The notes under the pieces: generated by a model
Told to the model about the DNA's origin: nothing
Seen by the model: only the letters and a program-made list of their open reading frames with translations
Database searches by the model: none
Source of the DNA: Haplodiscus bocki
Lineage: Eukaryota
Direction of reading: 5' to 3'
Assembly (NCBI GenBank): GCA_965655095.1
Contig: OZ296650.1
Span: 19,468,001 to 19,532,000 of the forward strand
DNA length: 64,000 bases
Program-made: the position numbers and the translations under genes
Part shown: positions 1-15,000 of the stretch, piece by piece
Position numbering within the stretch: position 1 is the stretch's first letter
How the letters are laid out: the number at the start of each line of letters is the position of its first letter

Positions 1-3000
1 ACAGGCATTTCAGGGACTGTTCCGACAACCAAAAGCGTCTGTTGCACCGCAAAGGTTTATCGTTACACCTATTTTGATTATCGCGGTAAATTCAGCGAAG
101 TTTTTTTACCACCGTTGAACTGTTGAAAAAGTTCTCAACAGCAGGGATAAGTTAGCATGAGTCAAGACGAATGGAATCACGCTTATCAGGTGCTGAAACG
201 CTTTGTTAGCAGAAACCTTGGAGATTACAATGACATATACTTAGAACAGACACCCTGTCACTAGCTTGCGTGGTGGAGGAGTTCCCTAATGTGTGTTATG
301 AGACCTTAAGTCAGTGAAGTGCTTACTCAACTTTAGAAGTCCCAATGATCACAATTGTTTTATATACTGCTTTATCGCTGCATGGCTTTCAAAATATGGT
401 CCATCGCTGCAGCCACCTGGTCAAGATATGCATCGGTTGAAAACAAACCCGAGCACGTACTCCCCGTCTAACCCGCTGGCTCATCAACCAAAAGGTGAAT
501 TTGAAATGCCGATGGGAATTTGACAAATGTCAAGATTTGAAGAAATGAATCCCTACAAAATCAACGCTGTGAAATGTGGATAGAAGGAACTGGTACCCAT
601 TCGTGTCAGCAAGAAATACGATACTGACTTTTACGTTGACTTATTCCTATTGGAGGATGGTCTAACTCATCACTATGCGCTCATAACAAACCTAAAAAAT
701 CTAATCTGCTGCGTAAATGATCGAACTCTGCCATCGGAAGATTGTCTCTGCCGAAACTGCTTTCATTCATGTTCTTCAAAAGAATTATACGAGCGACACT
801 TTGTGAGCCGTTTCAACAATGAACCTGCCTTGATTCAGATGCCAAAGCCAGAGTAAAACAAAATGAACGTCACAAACTTTCAAGCTCGATGGTTCGCTCC
901 ATTAGTTATTAACTTCGACTTGTAATCCTTCTATCAAACGGTTTCCCGTTGTTTACAGGATGGTGAAAAAGCCACTACCATTGAAATTTACAAAGCTTGT
1001 GGGTTTTCCTTAGTGGGGGTTGAGCATGGTAATGCTACACCACTTTTAATTCATGATGAAAACTCAGAAATCTCTCCAACTACGACCTACACCATTTATG
1101 CAAAAATCTTCATCGATTCGGGGCAGAAAGCAAAATGGAAATTATTTCTTCAACAGACGAGAAATAGATAAGCTTGTCAGTATGCGTACCATTGCAAACG
1201 CACTAGGAAAAGAACGGCCTAGTAAAGACTGTATTTGAATTTCTGAGGTTTGTTGAGTCCCTGCGAATCATGTCATCATCACCCGACAAATTGGTTACCT
1301 TTCTTCCAGAAGACAACTTCTCATACCTGCACAGGCATTTCAGGGACTGTTCCGACAACCAAAAGCGTCTGTTGCACCGCAAAGGTTTATCGTTACACCT
1401 ATTTTGATTATCGCGGTAAATTCAGCGAAGTTTTTTTACCACCGTTGAACTGTTGAAAAAGTTCTCAACAGCAGGGATAAGTTAGCATGAGTCAAGACGA
1501 ATGGAATCACGCTTATCAGGTGCTGAAACGCTTTGTTAGCAGAAACCTTGGAGATTACAATGACATATACTTAGAACAGACACCCTGTCACTAGCTTGCG
1601 TGGTGGAGGAGTTCCCTAATGTGTGTTATGAGACCTTAAGTCAGTGAAGTGCTTACTCAACTTTAGAAGTCCCAATGATCACAATTGTTTTATATACTGC
1701 TTTATCGCTGCATGGCTTTCAAAATATGGTCCATCGCTGCAGCCACCTGGTCAAGATATGCATCGGTTGAAAACAAACCCGAGCACGTACTCCCCGTCTA
1801 ACCCGCTGGCTCATCAACCAAAAGGTGAATTTGAAATGCCGATGGGAATTTGACAAATGTCAAGATTTGAAGAAATGAATCCCTACAAAATCAACGCTGT
1901 GAAATGTGGATAGAAGGAACTGGTACCCATTCGTGTCAGCAAGAAATACGATACTGACTTTTACGTTGACTTATTCCTATTGGAGGATGGTCTAACTCAT
2001 CACTATGCGCTCATAACAAACCTAAAAAATCTAATCTGCTGCGTAAATGATCGAACTCTGCCATCGGAAGATTGTCTCTGCCGAAACTGCTTTCATTCAT
2101 GTTCTTCAAAAGAATTATACGAGCGACACTTTGTGAGCCGTTTCAACAATGAACCTGCCTTGATTCAGATGCCAAAGCCAGAGTAAAACAAAATGAACGT
2201 CACAAACTTTCAAGCTCGATGGTTCGCTCCATTAGTTATTAACTTCGACTTGTAATCCTTCTATCAAACGGTTTCCCGTTGTTTACAGGATGGTGAAAAA
2301 GCCACTACCATTGAAATTTACAAAGCTTGTGGGTTTTCCTTAGTGGGGGTTGAGCATGGTAACGCTACACCAGTTTTAATTCATGATGAAAGGTCAGAAA
2401 TCTCTCCAACTACGACCTACACCATTTGTGCAAAAATCTTCTTCGAATCGGGGCAGAAAGCAAAATGGAAATTATTTCTTCAACAGACGAGAAATAGATA
2501 AGCTTGTCAGCAGGCGTACCAATGCAAACGCACTAGGAAAAGAACGACTTAATAAAGACTGTATTTGGTTTTCTGAGGTTTGTTGAGTCCCTGCGAATCA
2601 TGTCATCATCACCCGACAAATTGGTTACCTTTCTTCCAGAAAACAACTTCTCATACCTGCACAGACATTTCAGGGACTGTTCTGACGACCAAAAGCGTTT
2701 ATTGCACCGCAAAGGTTTCTATCTTTACACCTGTTTTGATGATCATGGTAAATTCATGGAAAATTTTTTACCACCGTTGAACTGTTGAAAAAATTCTTAA
2801 CAGCAGGGATAAGTAAGCGTGAGTCAAGACAAATGGAATCACGCTTATCAGGTGTTCAAAAGCTTCATTAGCAAAAACCTTGGAGAGTACAATGACACAT
2901 ACTTAGAACAGACACTCTGTCACTAGCTTGCGTGGTGGAGGAGTTCCCTAATGTGTGTTATGAGACCTTAAGTCAGTGAAGTGCTTACTCGACTTTAGAA

Positions 3001-6000
3001 GTCCCAATGATCACAATTGTTTTATATACTGCTTTATCGCTGCATGGCTTTCAAAATATGGTCCATCGCTGCAGCCACCTGGTCAAGATATGCATCGGTT
3101 GAAAACAAACCCGAGCACGTACTCCCCCTCTAACCCGCTGGCTCATCAACCAAAAGGTTAATTTGAAATGCCGATGGGAATTTGACAAATGTCAAGATTG
3201 AAAGAAACGAATCCCTACAAATCAACGCTTTGGAATATGGAAAGAAGGAACTGGTACCCATTCGTGTCAGCAAGAAATACGATACAGACTTTGACGTTGA
3301 CTTATTCTTATTGGAGGATGGTCTAGCTCATCACTATGTGCTCAGAACAAACCTAACAAATCTAATCTGAACCTAACAAATCTAATCTGCCGCGTAAATG
3401 ATCGAACTCTGCCATCGGAAGATTGTCTCTGCCGAAACTGCTTTCATTCATGTTCTTCAAAGGAAATATACGAGTGACACATTGTGAGCTGTTTCAACAA
3501 TGAACCTGCATTGATACAGATGCCAAAGCCAGAGGAAAACAAAATGAACGTCACAAACTTTCAAGCTCGATGGTTCGCTCCATTAGTTATTTACTTCGAC
3601 TTGTAATCCTTCTATCAAGCGGTTTCCCGTTGTTTACAGGGTGGTGAAAAAGCCACTACCAGTGAAATACACAAAGCTTGTGGGTTTTCTTTAGTGGGGG
3701 TTGAGCATGGTAATGCTACACCACTTTTAATTCATGATGAAAACTCAGAAATCTCTCCAACTACGACCTACACCATTTGTGCAAAAATCTTCATCGAATC
3801 GGGGCAGAAAGCAAAATGGAAATTATTTCTTCAACAGACGAGAAATAGATAAGCTTGTCAGCAGGCGTACCAATGCAAACGCACTAGGAAAAGAACGACT
3901 TAATAAAGACTGTATTTGGTTTTCTGAGGTTTGTTGAGTCCCTGCGAATCATGTCATCATCACCCGACAAATTGGTTACCTTTCTTCCAGAAAACAACTT
4001 CTCATACCTGCACAGACATTTCAGGGACTGTTCTGACGACCAAAAGCGTTTATTGCACCGCAAAGGTTTCTATCTTTACACCTGTTTTGATGATCATGGT
4101 AAATTCATGGAAAATTTTTTACCACCGTTGAACTGTTGAAAAAATTCTTAACAGCAGGGATAAGTAAGCGTGAGTCAAGACAAATGGAATCACGCTTATC
4201 AGGTGTTCAAAAGCTTCATTAGCAAAAACCTTGGAGAGTACAATGACACATACTTAGAACAGACACTCTGTCACTAGCTTGCGTGGTGGAGGAGTTCCCT
4301 AATGTGTGTTATGAGACCTTAAGTCAGTGAAGTGCTTACTCGACTTTAGAAGTCCCAATGATCACAATTGTTTTATATACTGCTTTATCGCTGCATGGCT
4401 TTCAAAATATGGTCCATCGCTGCAGCCACCTGGTCAAGATATGCATCGGTTGAAAACAAACCCGAGCACGTACTCCCCCTCTAACCCGCTGGCTCATCAA
4501 CCAAAAGGTTAATTTGAAATGCCGATGGGAATTTGACAAATGTCAAGATTGAAAGAAACGAATCCCTACAAATCAACGCTTTGGAATATGGAAAGAAGGA
4601 ACTGGTACCCATTCGTGTCAGCAAGAAATACGATACTGACTTTGACGTTCACTTATTCTTATTGGAAGATGGTCTAACTCATCACTATGTGCTCATAACA
4701 AACCTAAAAAATCCAATCTGCCGCGTAATTGATCGAACTCTTCCATCGGAAGATTTTCTCTGCCGAAACTGCTTTCATTCATGTTCTTCAAAGGAAATAT
4801 ACGAGTGACACATTGTGAGCTGTTTCAACAATGAACCTGCATTGATACAGATGCCAAAGCCAGAGGAAAACAAAATGAACGTCACAAACTTTCAAGCTCG
4901 ATGGTTCGCTCCATTAGTTATTTACTTCGACTTGTAATCCTTCTATCAAGCGGTTTCCCGTTGTTTACAGGGTGGTGAAAAAGCCACTACCAGTGAAATA
5001 CACAAAGCTTGTGGGTTTTCTTTAGTGGGGGTTGAGCATGGTAATGCTACACCACTTTTAATTCATGATGAAAACTCAGAAATCTCTCCAACTACGACCT
5101 ACACCATTTGTGCAAAAATCTTCATCGAATCGGGGCAGAAAGCAAAATGGAAATTATTTCTTCAACAGACGAGAAATAGATAAGCTTGTCAGCAGGCGTA
5201 CCAATGCAAACGCACTAGGAAAAGAACGGCCTAATAAAGACTGTATTTGAATTTCTGAGGTTTGTTGAGTCCCTGCGAATCATGTCATCATCACCCGACA
5301 AATTGGTTACCTTTCTTCCAGAAGACAACTTCTCATACCTGCACAGCCATTTCAGGGACTCTTCCGACAACCAAAAGCGTCTGTTGCACCGCAAAGGTTT
5401 ATATCGTTACACCTATTTTGATTATCGCGGTAAATTCAGCGAATTTTTTTTACCACCGTTGAACTGTTGAAAAAGTTCTCAACAGCAGGGATAAGTTAGC
5501 ATGAGTCAAGACGAATGGAATCACGCTTATCAGGTGCTGAAACGATTTGTTAGCAGAAACCTTGGAGATTACAATGACATATACTTAGAACAGACACTCT
5601 GTCAGTAGCTTGCGTGGTGGAGGAGTTCCCTAATGTGTGTTATGAGACCTTAAGTCAGTGAAGTGCTTGCTCAACTTTAGAAGTCCCAATGATCACAATT
5701 GTTATATATACTGCTTTATCGCTGCATGGCTTTCAAAGTATGGTCCGTCGCTGCAGCCACCTGGTCAAGATATGCGTCGGCGGAAAATAAACCCGAGCAC
5801 GTACTCCCCTCTAACCCGCTGGCTCATCAACCAAATTGTGAATTTGAAATGCCGATGGGAATTTGACAGATGTCGAGATTTGAAGAAATGAATCCCTACA
5901 AAATCAACGCTTTGGAATATGGAAAGAAGGAACTGGTACCCATTCGTGTGAGCAAGAAATACGATACTGAATTTGACGTTAACTTATGCTTATTGGAGGA

Positions 6001-9000
6001 TGGTCTAACTCATCACTATGCGCTCATAACAAACCTAAAAAATCTAATCTGCTGCGTAAATGATCGAACTCTGCCATCGGAAGATTGTCTCTGCCGAAAT
6101 TGCTTTCATTTATGTCCTTCGAAGGAAATATACGAGCGACAAATTGTGATCTGTTTCAACAATGAACCTGCATTGATACAGATGCCAAAGCCAGAGGAAG
6201 ACAAAATGAACGTCACAAACTTTCCAGCTCGATGGTTCGCTCCATTAGTTATTTACTTCGACTTGTAATCCTTCTATCAAACGGTTTCCCGTTGTTTACA
6301 AGATGGTGAAAAAGCCACTACCATTGAAATACACAAAGCTTGTGGGTTTTCCTTTGTGGGGGTTGAGCATGGTAACGCTACACCAGTTTTAATTCAAGAT
6401 GAAAGGTCAGAAATCTCTCCAACTACGACCTACACCATTTGTGCAGAAATCGTCATCGAATCGGGGCAGAAAGCAAAATGGAATTTATTCCTTCAACAGA
6501 CGCGAAATTAAGCTTGTCAGCAGGCGTACCAATGCAAACGCACTAGGAAAAGAACGGCTTAATAAAAACTGTATTTGAATTCCTGAGGTTTGTTGAGTCC
6601 CTGCGAATCATGTCATCATCACCGACAAATTGGTTACCTTTCTTCCAGAAGACAACTTCTCATACCTGCACAGCCATTTCAGGGACTGTTCCGACAACCA
6701 AAAGCGTCTGTTGCACCGCAAAGGTTTCTATCCTTACACCTATTTTGATTATCGCGGTAAATTCAGCGAAGCTTTTTTCACCACCGTTGAACTGTTGAAA
6801 AAATTCTCAACAGCAGGGATAAGTAAGCATGAGTCAAGACGAATGGAATAACGCTTATCAGGTGTTGAAAAGCTTTGTTAGCAAAAACCTTGGAGATTAC
6901 AATGACATATACTTAGAACAGACACTCTGTCAGTAGCTTGCGTGGTGGAGGAGTTCCCTAATGTGTGTTATGAGACCTTAAGTCAGTGAAGTGCTTACTC
7001 AACTTTAGAAGTCCCAATGATCACAATTGTTTTTTATACTGCTTTATCGCTGCATGGCTTTCAAAATATGGTCCATCGCTGCAGCCACCTGGTCAAGATA
7101 TGCGTGGGCGGAAAACAAACCCGAGCACGTACTCCCCTCTAACCCGCTGGCTCATCAACCAAAATGTGAATTTGAAATTCCGATGGGAATTTGACAGATG
7201 TCGAGATTTGAAGAAATGAATCCCTACAAAATCAACGCTTTGGAATATGGATAGAAGGAACTAGTACCCATTCGTGTCAGCAAGAAATACGATACTGACT
7301 TTGACGTTGACTTATTCCTATTGGAGGATGGTCTAACTCATCACTATGCGCTCATAACAAACCTAAAAATCTAATCTGCTGCGTAAATGATCGAACTCTG
7401 CCATCGGAAGATTGTATCTGCCGAAATTGCTTTCATTTATGTTCTTCAAAGGAAATATACGAGCGACACATTGTGAGCTGTTTCGACAATGAACCTGCCC
7501 TGATTCAGATGCCAAAGCCAGAGTAAAACAAAATGAACGTCACAAACTTTCAAGCTCGATGGTTCGCTCCATTAGTTTAATTACTTCGACTTGTAATCCT
7601 TCTATCAAACGATTTCCCGTTGTTTACAGGATGGTGAAAAAGCCACCACCGTTGAAATACACAAAGCTTGTGGGTTTTCCTTAGTGGGGGTTGAGCATGG
7701 TAACGCTACACCCAGTTTTAATTCAAGATGAAAGGTCAGAAATCTCTCCAACTACGACCTATACCATTTGTGCAAAAATCTTCATCGATTCGGGGCAGGA
7801 AGCAAAATGGAAATTATTCCTTCAACAGACGAGAAATAGATAAGCTTGTCAGCAGGCGTACGAATGCAAACGCACTAGGAAAAGAACGGCTTAATGAAGA
7901 CTGTATTTGAATTTCTGAGGTTTGTTGAGTCCCTGCGAATCATGTCATCATCACCCGACAAAATGGTTACCTTTCTTCCAGAAGACAACTTCTCATACCT
8001 GCACAGCCATTTCAGGGACTGTTCCGACAACCAAAAGCGTCTGTTGCACCGCAAAGGTTTCTATCGTTACACCTATTTTGATTATCGAGGTAAATTCAGC
8101 GAAATTTTTTACCACCATTGAACTGTTGAAAAAATTCCCAACAGCAGGGATAAGTAGGCATGAGTCAAGACGAATGGAATCACGCTTATCAGGTGTTGAA
8201 AAGCTTTGTTAGCAGAAACCTTGGAGATTACAATGACATATACTTAGAACAGACACTCTGTCAGTAGCTTGCGTGGTGGAGGAGTTCCCTAATGTGCGTT
8301 ATGAGACCTCAAGTCACTGAATTGCTTACTCAACTTTAGAAGTCCCAATGATCACAATTGTTTTATATACTGCTTTATCGCTGCATGGCTTTCAAAATAT
8401 GGTCCATCGCTGCAGCCACCTGGTCAAGATATGCGTCGGCGGAAAACAAACCCGAGCACGTACTCCCCTCTAACCCGCTGGCTCATCAACCAAAATGTGA
8501 ATTTGAAAAGCCGATGGGAATTTGACAGATGTCGAGATTTGAAGAAATGAATCCCTACAAAATCAACGCTTTGGAATATGGAAAGAAGGAACTGGTACCC
8601 ATTCGTGTGAGCAAGAAATACGATACTGATTTTGACGTTGACTTATGCTTATTGGAGGATGGTCTAACTCATCACTATGCGCTCATAACAAATCTAAAAA
8701 ATCTAATCTGCTGCGTAAATGATCGAACTCTGCCATCGGAAGATTGTCTCTGCCGAAATTGCTTTCATTTATGTTCTTCGAAGGAAATATACGAGCGACA
8801 CATCCTGAGCTGTTTCAACAATGAACCTGCATTGATACATATGCCAAAGCCAGAGGAAAACAAAATGAACGTCACAAACGTTCAAGCTCGATGGCTCGCT
8901 CCATTAGTTATTTATTTCGACTTGTAATCCCTGTCTCAAACGGTTTCCCGTTGTTTACAGGAAGGTGAAAAAGCCACCACCATTGAAATACGCAAAGCTT

Positions 9001-12000
9001 GTGGGTTTTGCTTAGTGTGGGTTGAGCATGGTAAAGCTACACCAGTTTTAATTCAAGATGAAAGGTCAGAAATCTTTCCAACTACGACCTACACCATTTG
9101 TGCAAAAATCTTCATCGATTCGGGGCAGAAAGCAAAATGGAAATTTTTCCTTCAACAGACGAGAATTAGATAAGCTTGTCAGCAAGCGTACCAATGCAAA
9201 CGCACTAGGAAAAGAACGGCTTAATAAAGACTGCATTTGAATTTCTGAGGTTTGTTGAGTCCCTGCGAATCATGTCATCATCACCCGACAAAGTGGTTAC
9301 CTTTCTTCCAGAAGACAACTTCTCATACCTGCACAGCCATTTCAGGGACTGTTCCGACAACCAAAAGCGTCTGTTGCACCGCAAAGGTTTCTATTGTTAC
9401 ACCTATTTTGATGATCATGGTAAATTCATGGAAAATTTTTTACAACCGTTGAACTGTTGAAAAAATTCTCAACAGCAGGGATAAGTAAGCATGAGTCAAG
9501 ACGAATGGAATCACGCTTATCAGGTGTTGAAAAGCTTTGTTAGCAGAAACCTTGGAGATTACAATGACATATACTTAGAACAGACACTCTGTCAGTAGCT
9601 TGCGTGGTGGAGGAGTTCCCTAATGTGCGTTATGAGACCTCAAGTCACTGAATTGCTTACTCAACTTTAGAAGTCCCAATGATCACAATTGTTTTATATA
9701 CTGCTTTATCGCTGCATGGCTTTCAAAATATGGTCCATCGCTGCAGCCACCTGGTCAAGATATGCGTCGGCGGAAAACAAACCCGAGCACGTACTCCCCT
9801 CTAACCCGCTGGCTCATCAACCAAAATGTGAATTTGAAAAGCCGATGGGAATTTGACAGATGTCGAGATTTGAAGAAATGAATCCCTACAAAATCAACGC
9901 TTTGGAATATGGAAAGAAGGAACTGGTACCCATTCGTGTGAGCAAGAAATACGATACTGATTTTGACGTTGACTTATGCTTATTGGAGGATGGTCTAACT
10001 CATCACTATGCGCTCATAACAAATCTAAAAAATCTAATCTGCTGCGTAAATGATCGAACTCTGCCATCGGAAGATTGTCTCTGCCGAAATTGCTTTCATT
10101 TATGTTCTTCGAAGGAAATATACGAGCGACACATCCTGAGCTGTTTCAACAATGAACCTGCATTGATACATATGCCAAAGCCAGAGGAAAACAAAATGAA
10201 CGTCACAAACGTTCAAGCTCGATGGCTCGCTCCATTAGTTATTTATTTCGACTTGTAATCCCTGTCTCAAACGGTTTCCCGTTGTTTACAGGAAGGTGAA
10301 AAAGCCACCACCATTGAAATACGCAAAGCTTGTGGGTTTTGCTTAGTGTGGGTTGAGCATGGTAAAGCTACACCAGTTTTAATTCAAGATGAAAGGTCAG
10401 AAATCTTTCCAACTACGACCTACACCATTTGTGCAAAAATCTTCATCGATTCGGGGCAGAAAGCAAAATGGAAATTTTTCCTTCAACAGACGAGAATTAG
10501 ATAAGCTTGTCAGCAAGCGTACCAATGCAAACGCACTAGGAAAAGAACGGCTTAATAAAGACTGTATTTGAATTTCTGAGGTTTGTTGAGTCCCTGCGAA
10601 TCATGTCATCATCACCCGACAAATTGGTTACCTTTTTTCCAGAAGACAACTTCTCATACTTGCACAGCCATTTCAGGGACTGTTCCGACAACCAAAAGCG
10701 TCTTTTGCACCGCAAAGGTTTATATCCTTACACCTATTTTGATTATCGCGGTAAATTCAGCGAAGTTTTTTTACCACCGTTGAACTGTTGAAAAAATTCT
10801 CAACAGCAGGGATAAGTTAGCATGAGTCAAGACGAATGGATTCACGCTTATCAGGTGTTGAAAAGCTTTGTTAGCAGAAACCTTGGAGATTACAATGACA
10901 TATACTTAGAACAGACACTCTGTCACTAGCTTGCGTGGTGGAGGAGTTCCCTAATGTGTGTTATGAGACCTTAAGTCAGTGAAGTGCCTACTCAACTTTA
11001 GAAGTCCCAATGATCACAATTGTTTTTTTATACTGCTTTATCGCTGCATGGCTTTCGAAATAAGGTCCATCGCTGCAGCCACCTGGTCAAGATATGCGTC
11101 GGCGGAAAACAAACCCGAGGACGTACTCCCCTCTAACCCGCTGGCTCATCAACCAAAATGTGAATTTGAAATGCCGATGGGAATTTGACAGATGTCGAGA
11201 TTTGAAGAAATGAATCCCTACAAAATCAACGCTTTGGAATATGGATAGAAGGAACTGGTACCCATTCGTGTCAGCAAGAAATACGATACTGACTTTGACG
11301 TTGACTTATTCCTATTGGAGGATGGTCTAACTCATCACTATGCGCTCATAACAAACCTAAAAAATCTAATCTGCTGCGTAAATGATCGAACTCTGCCATC
11401 GGAAGATTGTATCTGCCGAAATTGCTTTCATTTATGTTCTTCGAAGGAAATATACGAGCGACACATTGTGAGCTGTTTCAACAATGAACCTGCATTGATA
11501 CAGATGCCAAAGCCAGAGGAAAACAAAATGAACGTCACAAATTTTCAAGCTCGATGGTTCGCTCCATTAGTTTAATTACTTCGACTTGTAATCCTTCTAT
11601 CAAACGATTTCCCGTTGTTTACAGGATGGTGAAAAAGCCACCACCGTTGAAATACACAAAGCCTGTGGGTTTTCCTTAGTGGGGGTTGAGCATCGTAACG
11701 CTACACCCAGTTTTAATTCAAGATGAATGGTCAGAAATCTCTCCAACTACGACTTACACCATTTGTGCAAAAATCTTCATCGATTCGGGGCAGAAAGCAA
11801 AATGGAAATTATTCCTTCAACAGACGAGAAATAGATAAGCTTGTCAGCAGGCGTACCAATGCAAACGCACTAGGAAAAGAACGGCTTAATAAAGACTGTA
11901 TTTGAATTTCTGAGGTTTGTTGAGTCCCTGCGAATCATGTCATCATCACCCGACAAATTGGTTACCTTTCTTCCAGAAGACAACTTCTCATACATGCACA

Positions 12001-15000
12001 GCCATTTCAGGGACTGTTCCGACAACCAAAGGCGTCTGTTGCACCGCAAAGGTTTCTATCGTTACACCTATTTTGATTATCGCGGTGAATTCAGCGAAGT
12101 TTTCTTACCACCGTTGAACTGTTGAAAAAATTGTCAACAGGGATAAGTAAGCATGAGTCAAGACGAATGGAATCACGCTTATCAGGTGTTCAAAAGCTTT
12201 GTTAGCAGAAACCTTGGAGATTACAATGACATATACTTAGAACAGACACTCTGTCAGTAGCTTGCGTGGTGGAGGAGTTCCCCAATGTGTGTTATGAGAC
12301 CTTAAGTCAGTGAATTGCTTACTCAACTTTAGAAGTCTCAATGATCACAATTGTTTTATTTACTGCTTTATCGCTGCATGGCTTTCAAAATATGGTCCAT
12401 CGCTGCAGCCACCTGGTCAAGATATGCGTCGGCGAAAAACAAACGCGAGCTCGTACTCCCCTCTAACCCGCTGGCTCATCAACCAAAATGTGAATTTGAA
12501 ATGCCGATGGGAATTTGACAGATGTCGAGGTTTGAAGAAATGAATCCCTACAAAATCAACGCTTTGGAATATGGATAGAAGGAACTGGTACCCATTCGTG
12601 TCAGCAAGAAATACGATACTGACTTTGACGTTGACTTATTCCTATTGGAGGATGGTCTAACTCATCACTATGCGCTCATAACAAACCTAAAAAATCTAAT
12701 CTGCTGCGTAAATGATCGAACTCTGCCATCGGAAGATTGTATCTGCCGAAATTGCTTTCATTTATGTTCTTCGAAGGAAATATACGAGCGACACATTGTG
12801 AGCTGTTTTAACAATGAACCTGCATTGATACAGATGCCAAAGCCAGAGGAAAACAAAATGAACGTCACAAATTTTCAAGCTCGATGGTTCGCTCCATTAG
12901 TTTAATTACTTCGACTTGTAATCCTTCTATCAAACGATTTCCCGTTGTTTACAGGATGGTGAAAAAGCCACCACCGTTGAAATACACAAAGCCTGTGGGT
13001 TTTCCTTAGTGGGGGTTGAGCATCGTAACGCTACACCCAGTTTTAATTCAAGATGAATGGTCAGAAATCTCTCCAACTACGACCTACACCATTTGTGCAA
13101 AAATCTTCATCGATTCGGGGCAGAAAGCAAAATGGAAATTATTCCTTCAACAGACGAGAAATAGATAAGCTTGTCAGCAGGCGTACCAATGCAAACGCAC
13201 TAGGAAAAGAACGGCTTAATAAAGACTGTATTTGAATTTCTGAGGTTTGTTGAGTCCCTGCGAATCATGTCATCATCACCCGACAAATTGGTTACCTTTC
13301 TTCCAGAAGACAACTTCTCATACATGCACAGCCATTTCAGGGACTGTTCCGACAACCAAAGGCGTCTGTTGCACCGCAAAGGTTTCTATCGTTACACCTA
13401 TTTTGATTATCGCGGTGAATTCAGCGAAGTTTTCTTACCACCGTTGAACTGTTGAAAAAATTGTCAACAGGGATAAGTAAGCATGAGTCAAGACGAATGG
13501 AATCACGCTTATCAGGTGTTCAAAAGCTTTGTTAGCAGAAACCTTGGAGATTACAATGACATATACTTAGAACAGACACTCTGTCAGTAGCTTGCGTGGT
13601 GGAGGAGTTCCCCAATGTGTGTTATGAGACCTTAAGTCACTGAATTGCTTACTCAACTTTAGAAGTCCCAATGATCACAATTGTTTTATTTACTGCTTTA
13701 TCGCTGCATGGCTTTCAGAATATGGTCCATCGCTGCAGCCACCTGGTCAAGATATGCGTCGGCGAAAAACTAACGCGAGCTCGTACTCCCCTCTAACCCG
13801 CTGGCTCATCAACCAAAATGTGAATTTGAAATGCCGATGGGAATTTGACAGATGTCGAGATTTGAAGAAATGAATCCCTACAAAATCAACGCTTTGGAAT
13901 ATGGAAAGAAGGAACTGGTACCCATTCGTGTGAGCAAGAAATACGATACTGAATTTGGCGTTGACTTATGCTTATTGGAGGATGGTCTAACTCATCACTT
14001 TGCGCTCATAACAAACCTAAAAAATCTAATCTGCTGCGTAAATGATCGAACTCTGCCATCGGAAGATTGTCTCTGCCGAAATTGCTTTCATTTGTGTTCT
14101 TCAAGGGAAATATACGAGCGACACATTGTGAGCTGTTTCAACAATGAACCTGCATTGATACAGATGCCAAAGCCAGAGCAAAACAAAATGAACGTCACAA
14201 ATTTTCAAGCTCGATGGTTCGCTCCATTAGTTTAATTACTTCGACTTGTAATCCTTCTATCAAACGGTTTCCCGTTGTTTATAGGATGGTGAAAAAGCCA
14301 GCACCGTTGAATTACACAAAGCTTGTGGGTTTTCCTTAGTGGGGGTTGAGCATGGTAACGCTACACCCAGTTTTAATTCAGGATGAAAGGTCAGAAATCT
14401 CTCCAACTACGACCTACACCATTTATGCAAAAATCTTCATCGATTCGGGGCAGAAAGCAAAATGGAAATTATTCCTTCAACAGACGAGAAATAGATAAGC
14501 TTGTCAGCAGGCGTACCAATGCAAACGCACTAGGAAAACAACGGCTTAATAAAGACTGTATTTGAATTTCTGAGGTTTGTTGAGTCCCTGCGAATCATGT
14601 CATCATCACCCGACAAATTGATTACCTTTCTTCCAGAAGACAACTTCTCATACCTGCACAGCCATTTCAGGGACTGTTCCTACAACCAAAAGCGTCTGTT
14701 GCACCGCAAAGGTTTATCGTTACACCTATTTTGATTATAGCGGTGACTTCAGCGAAGTTTTGTTACCACTGTTGAACTGTTGAAAAAATTCTCAACAGCA
14801 GGGATAAGTAAGCATGAGTCAAGACGAATGGAATCGCGCTTATCAGGTGTTGAAAAGCTTTGTTAGCAGAAACCTTGGAGATTACAATGACATATACTTA
14901 GAACAGACACTCTGTCAGTAGCTTGCGTGGTGGAGGAGTTCCGTAATGTGTGTTATGAGACCTTAAGTCAGTGAATTGCTTACTCAACTTTAGAAGTCTC

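Noticed and set aside
304-312. TTAA at each junction as a piggyBac target-site duplication
   Set aside because: There are no terminal inverted repeats, and the parent reads ctac at the equivalent position, so the TTAA is not duplicated at the array edge.
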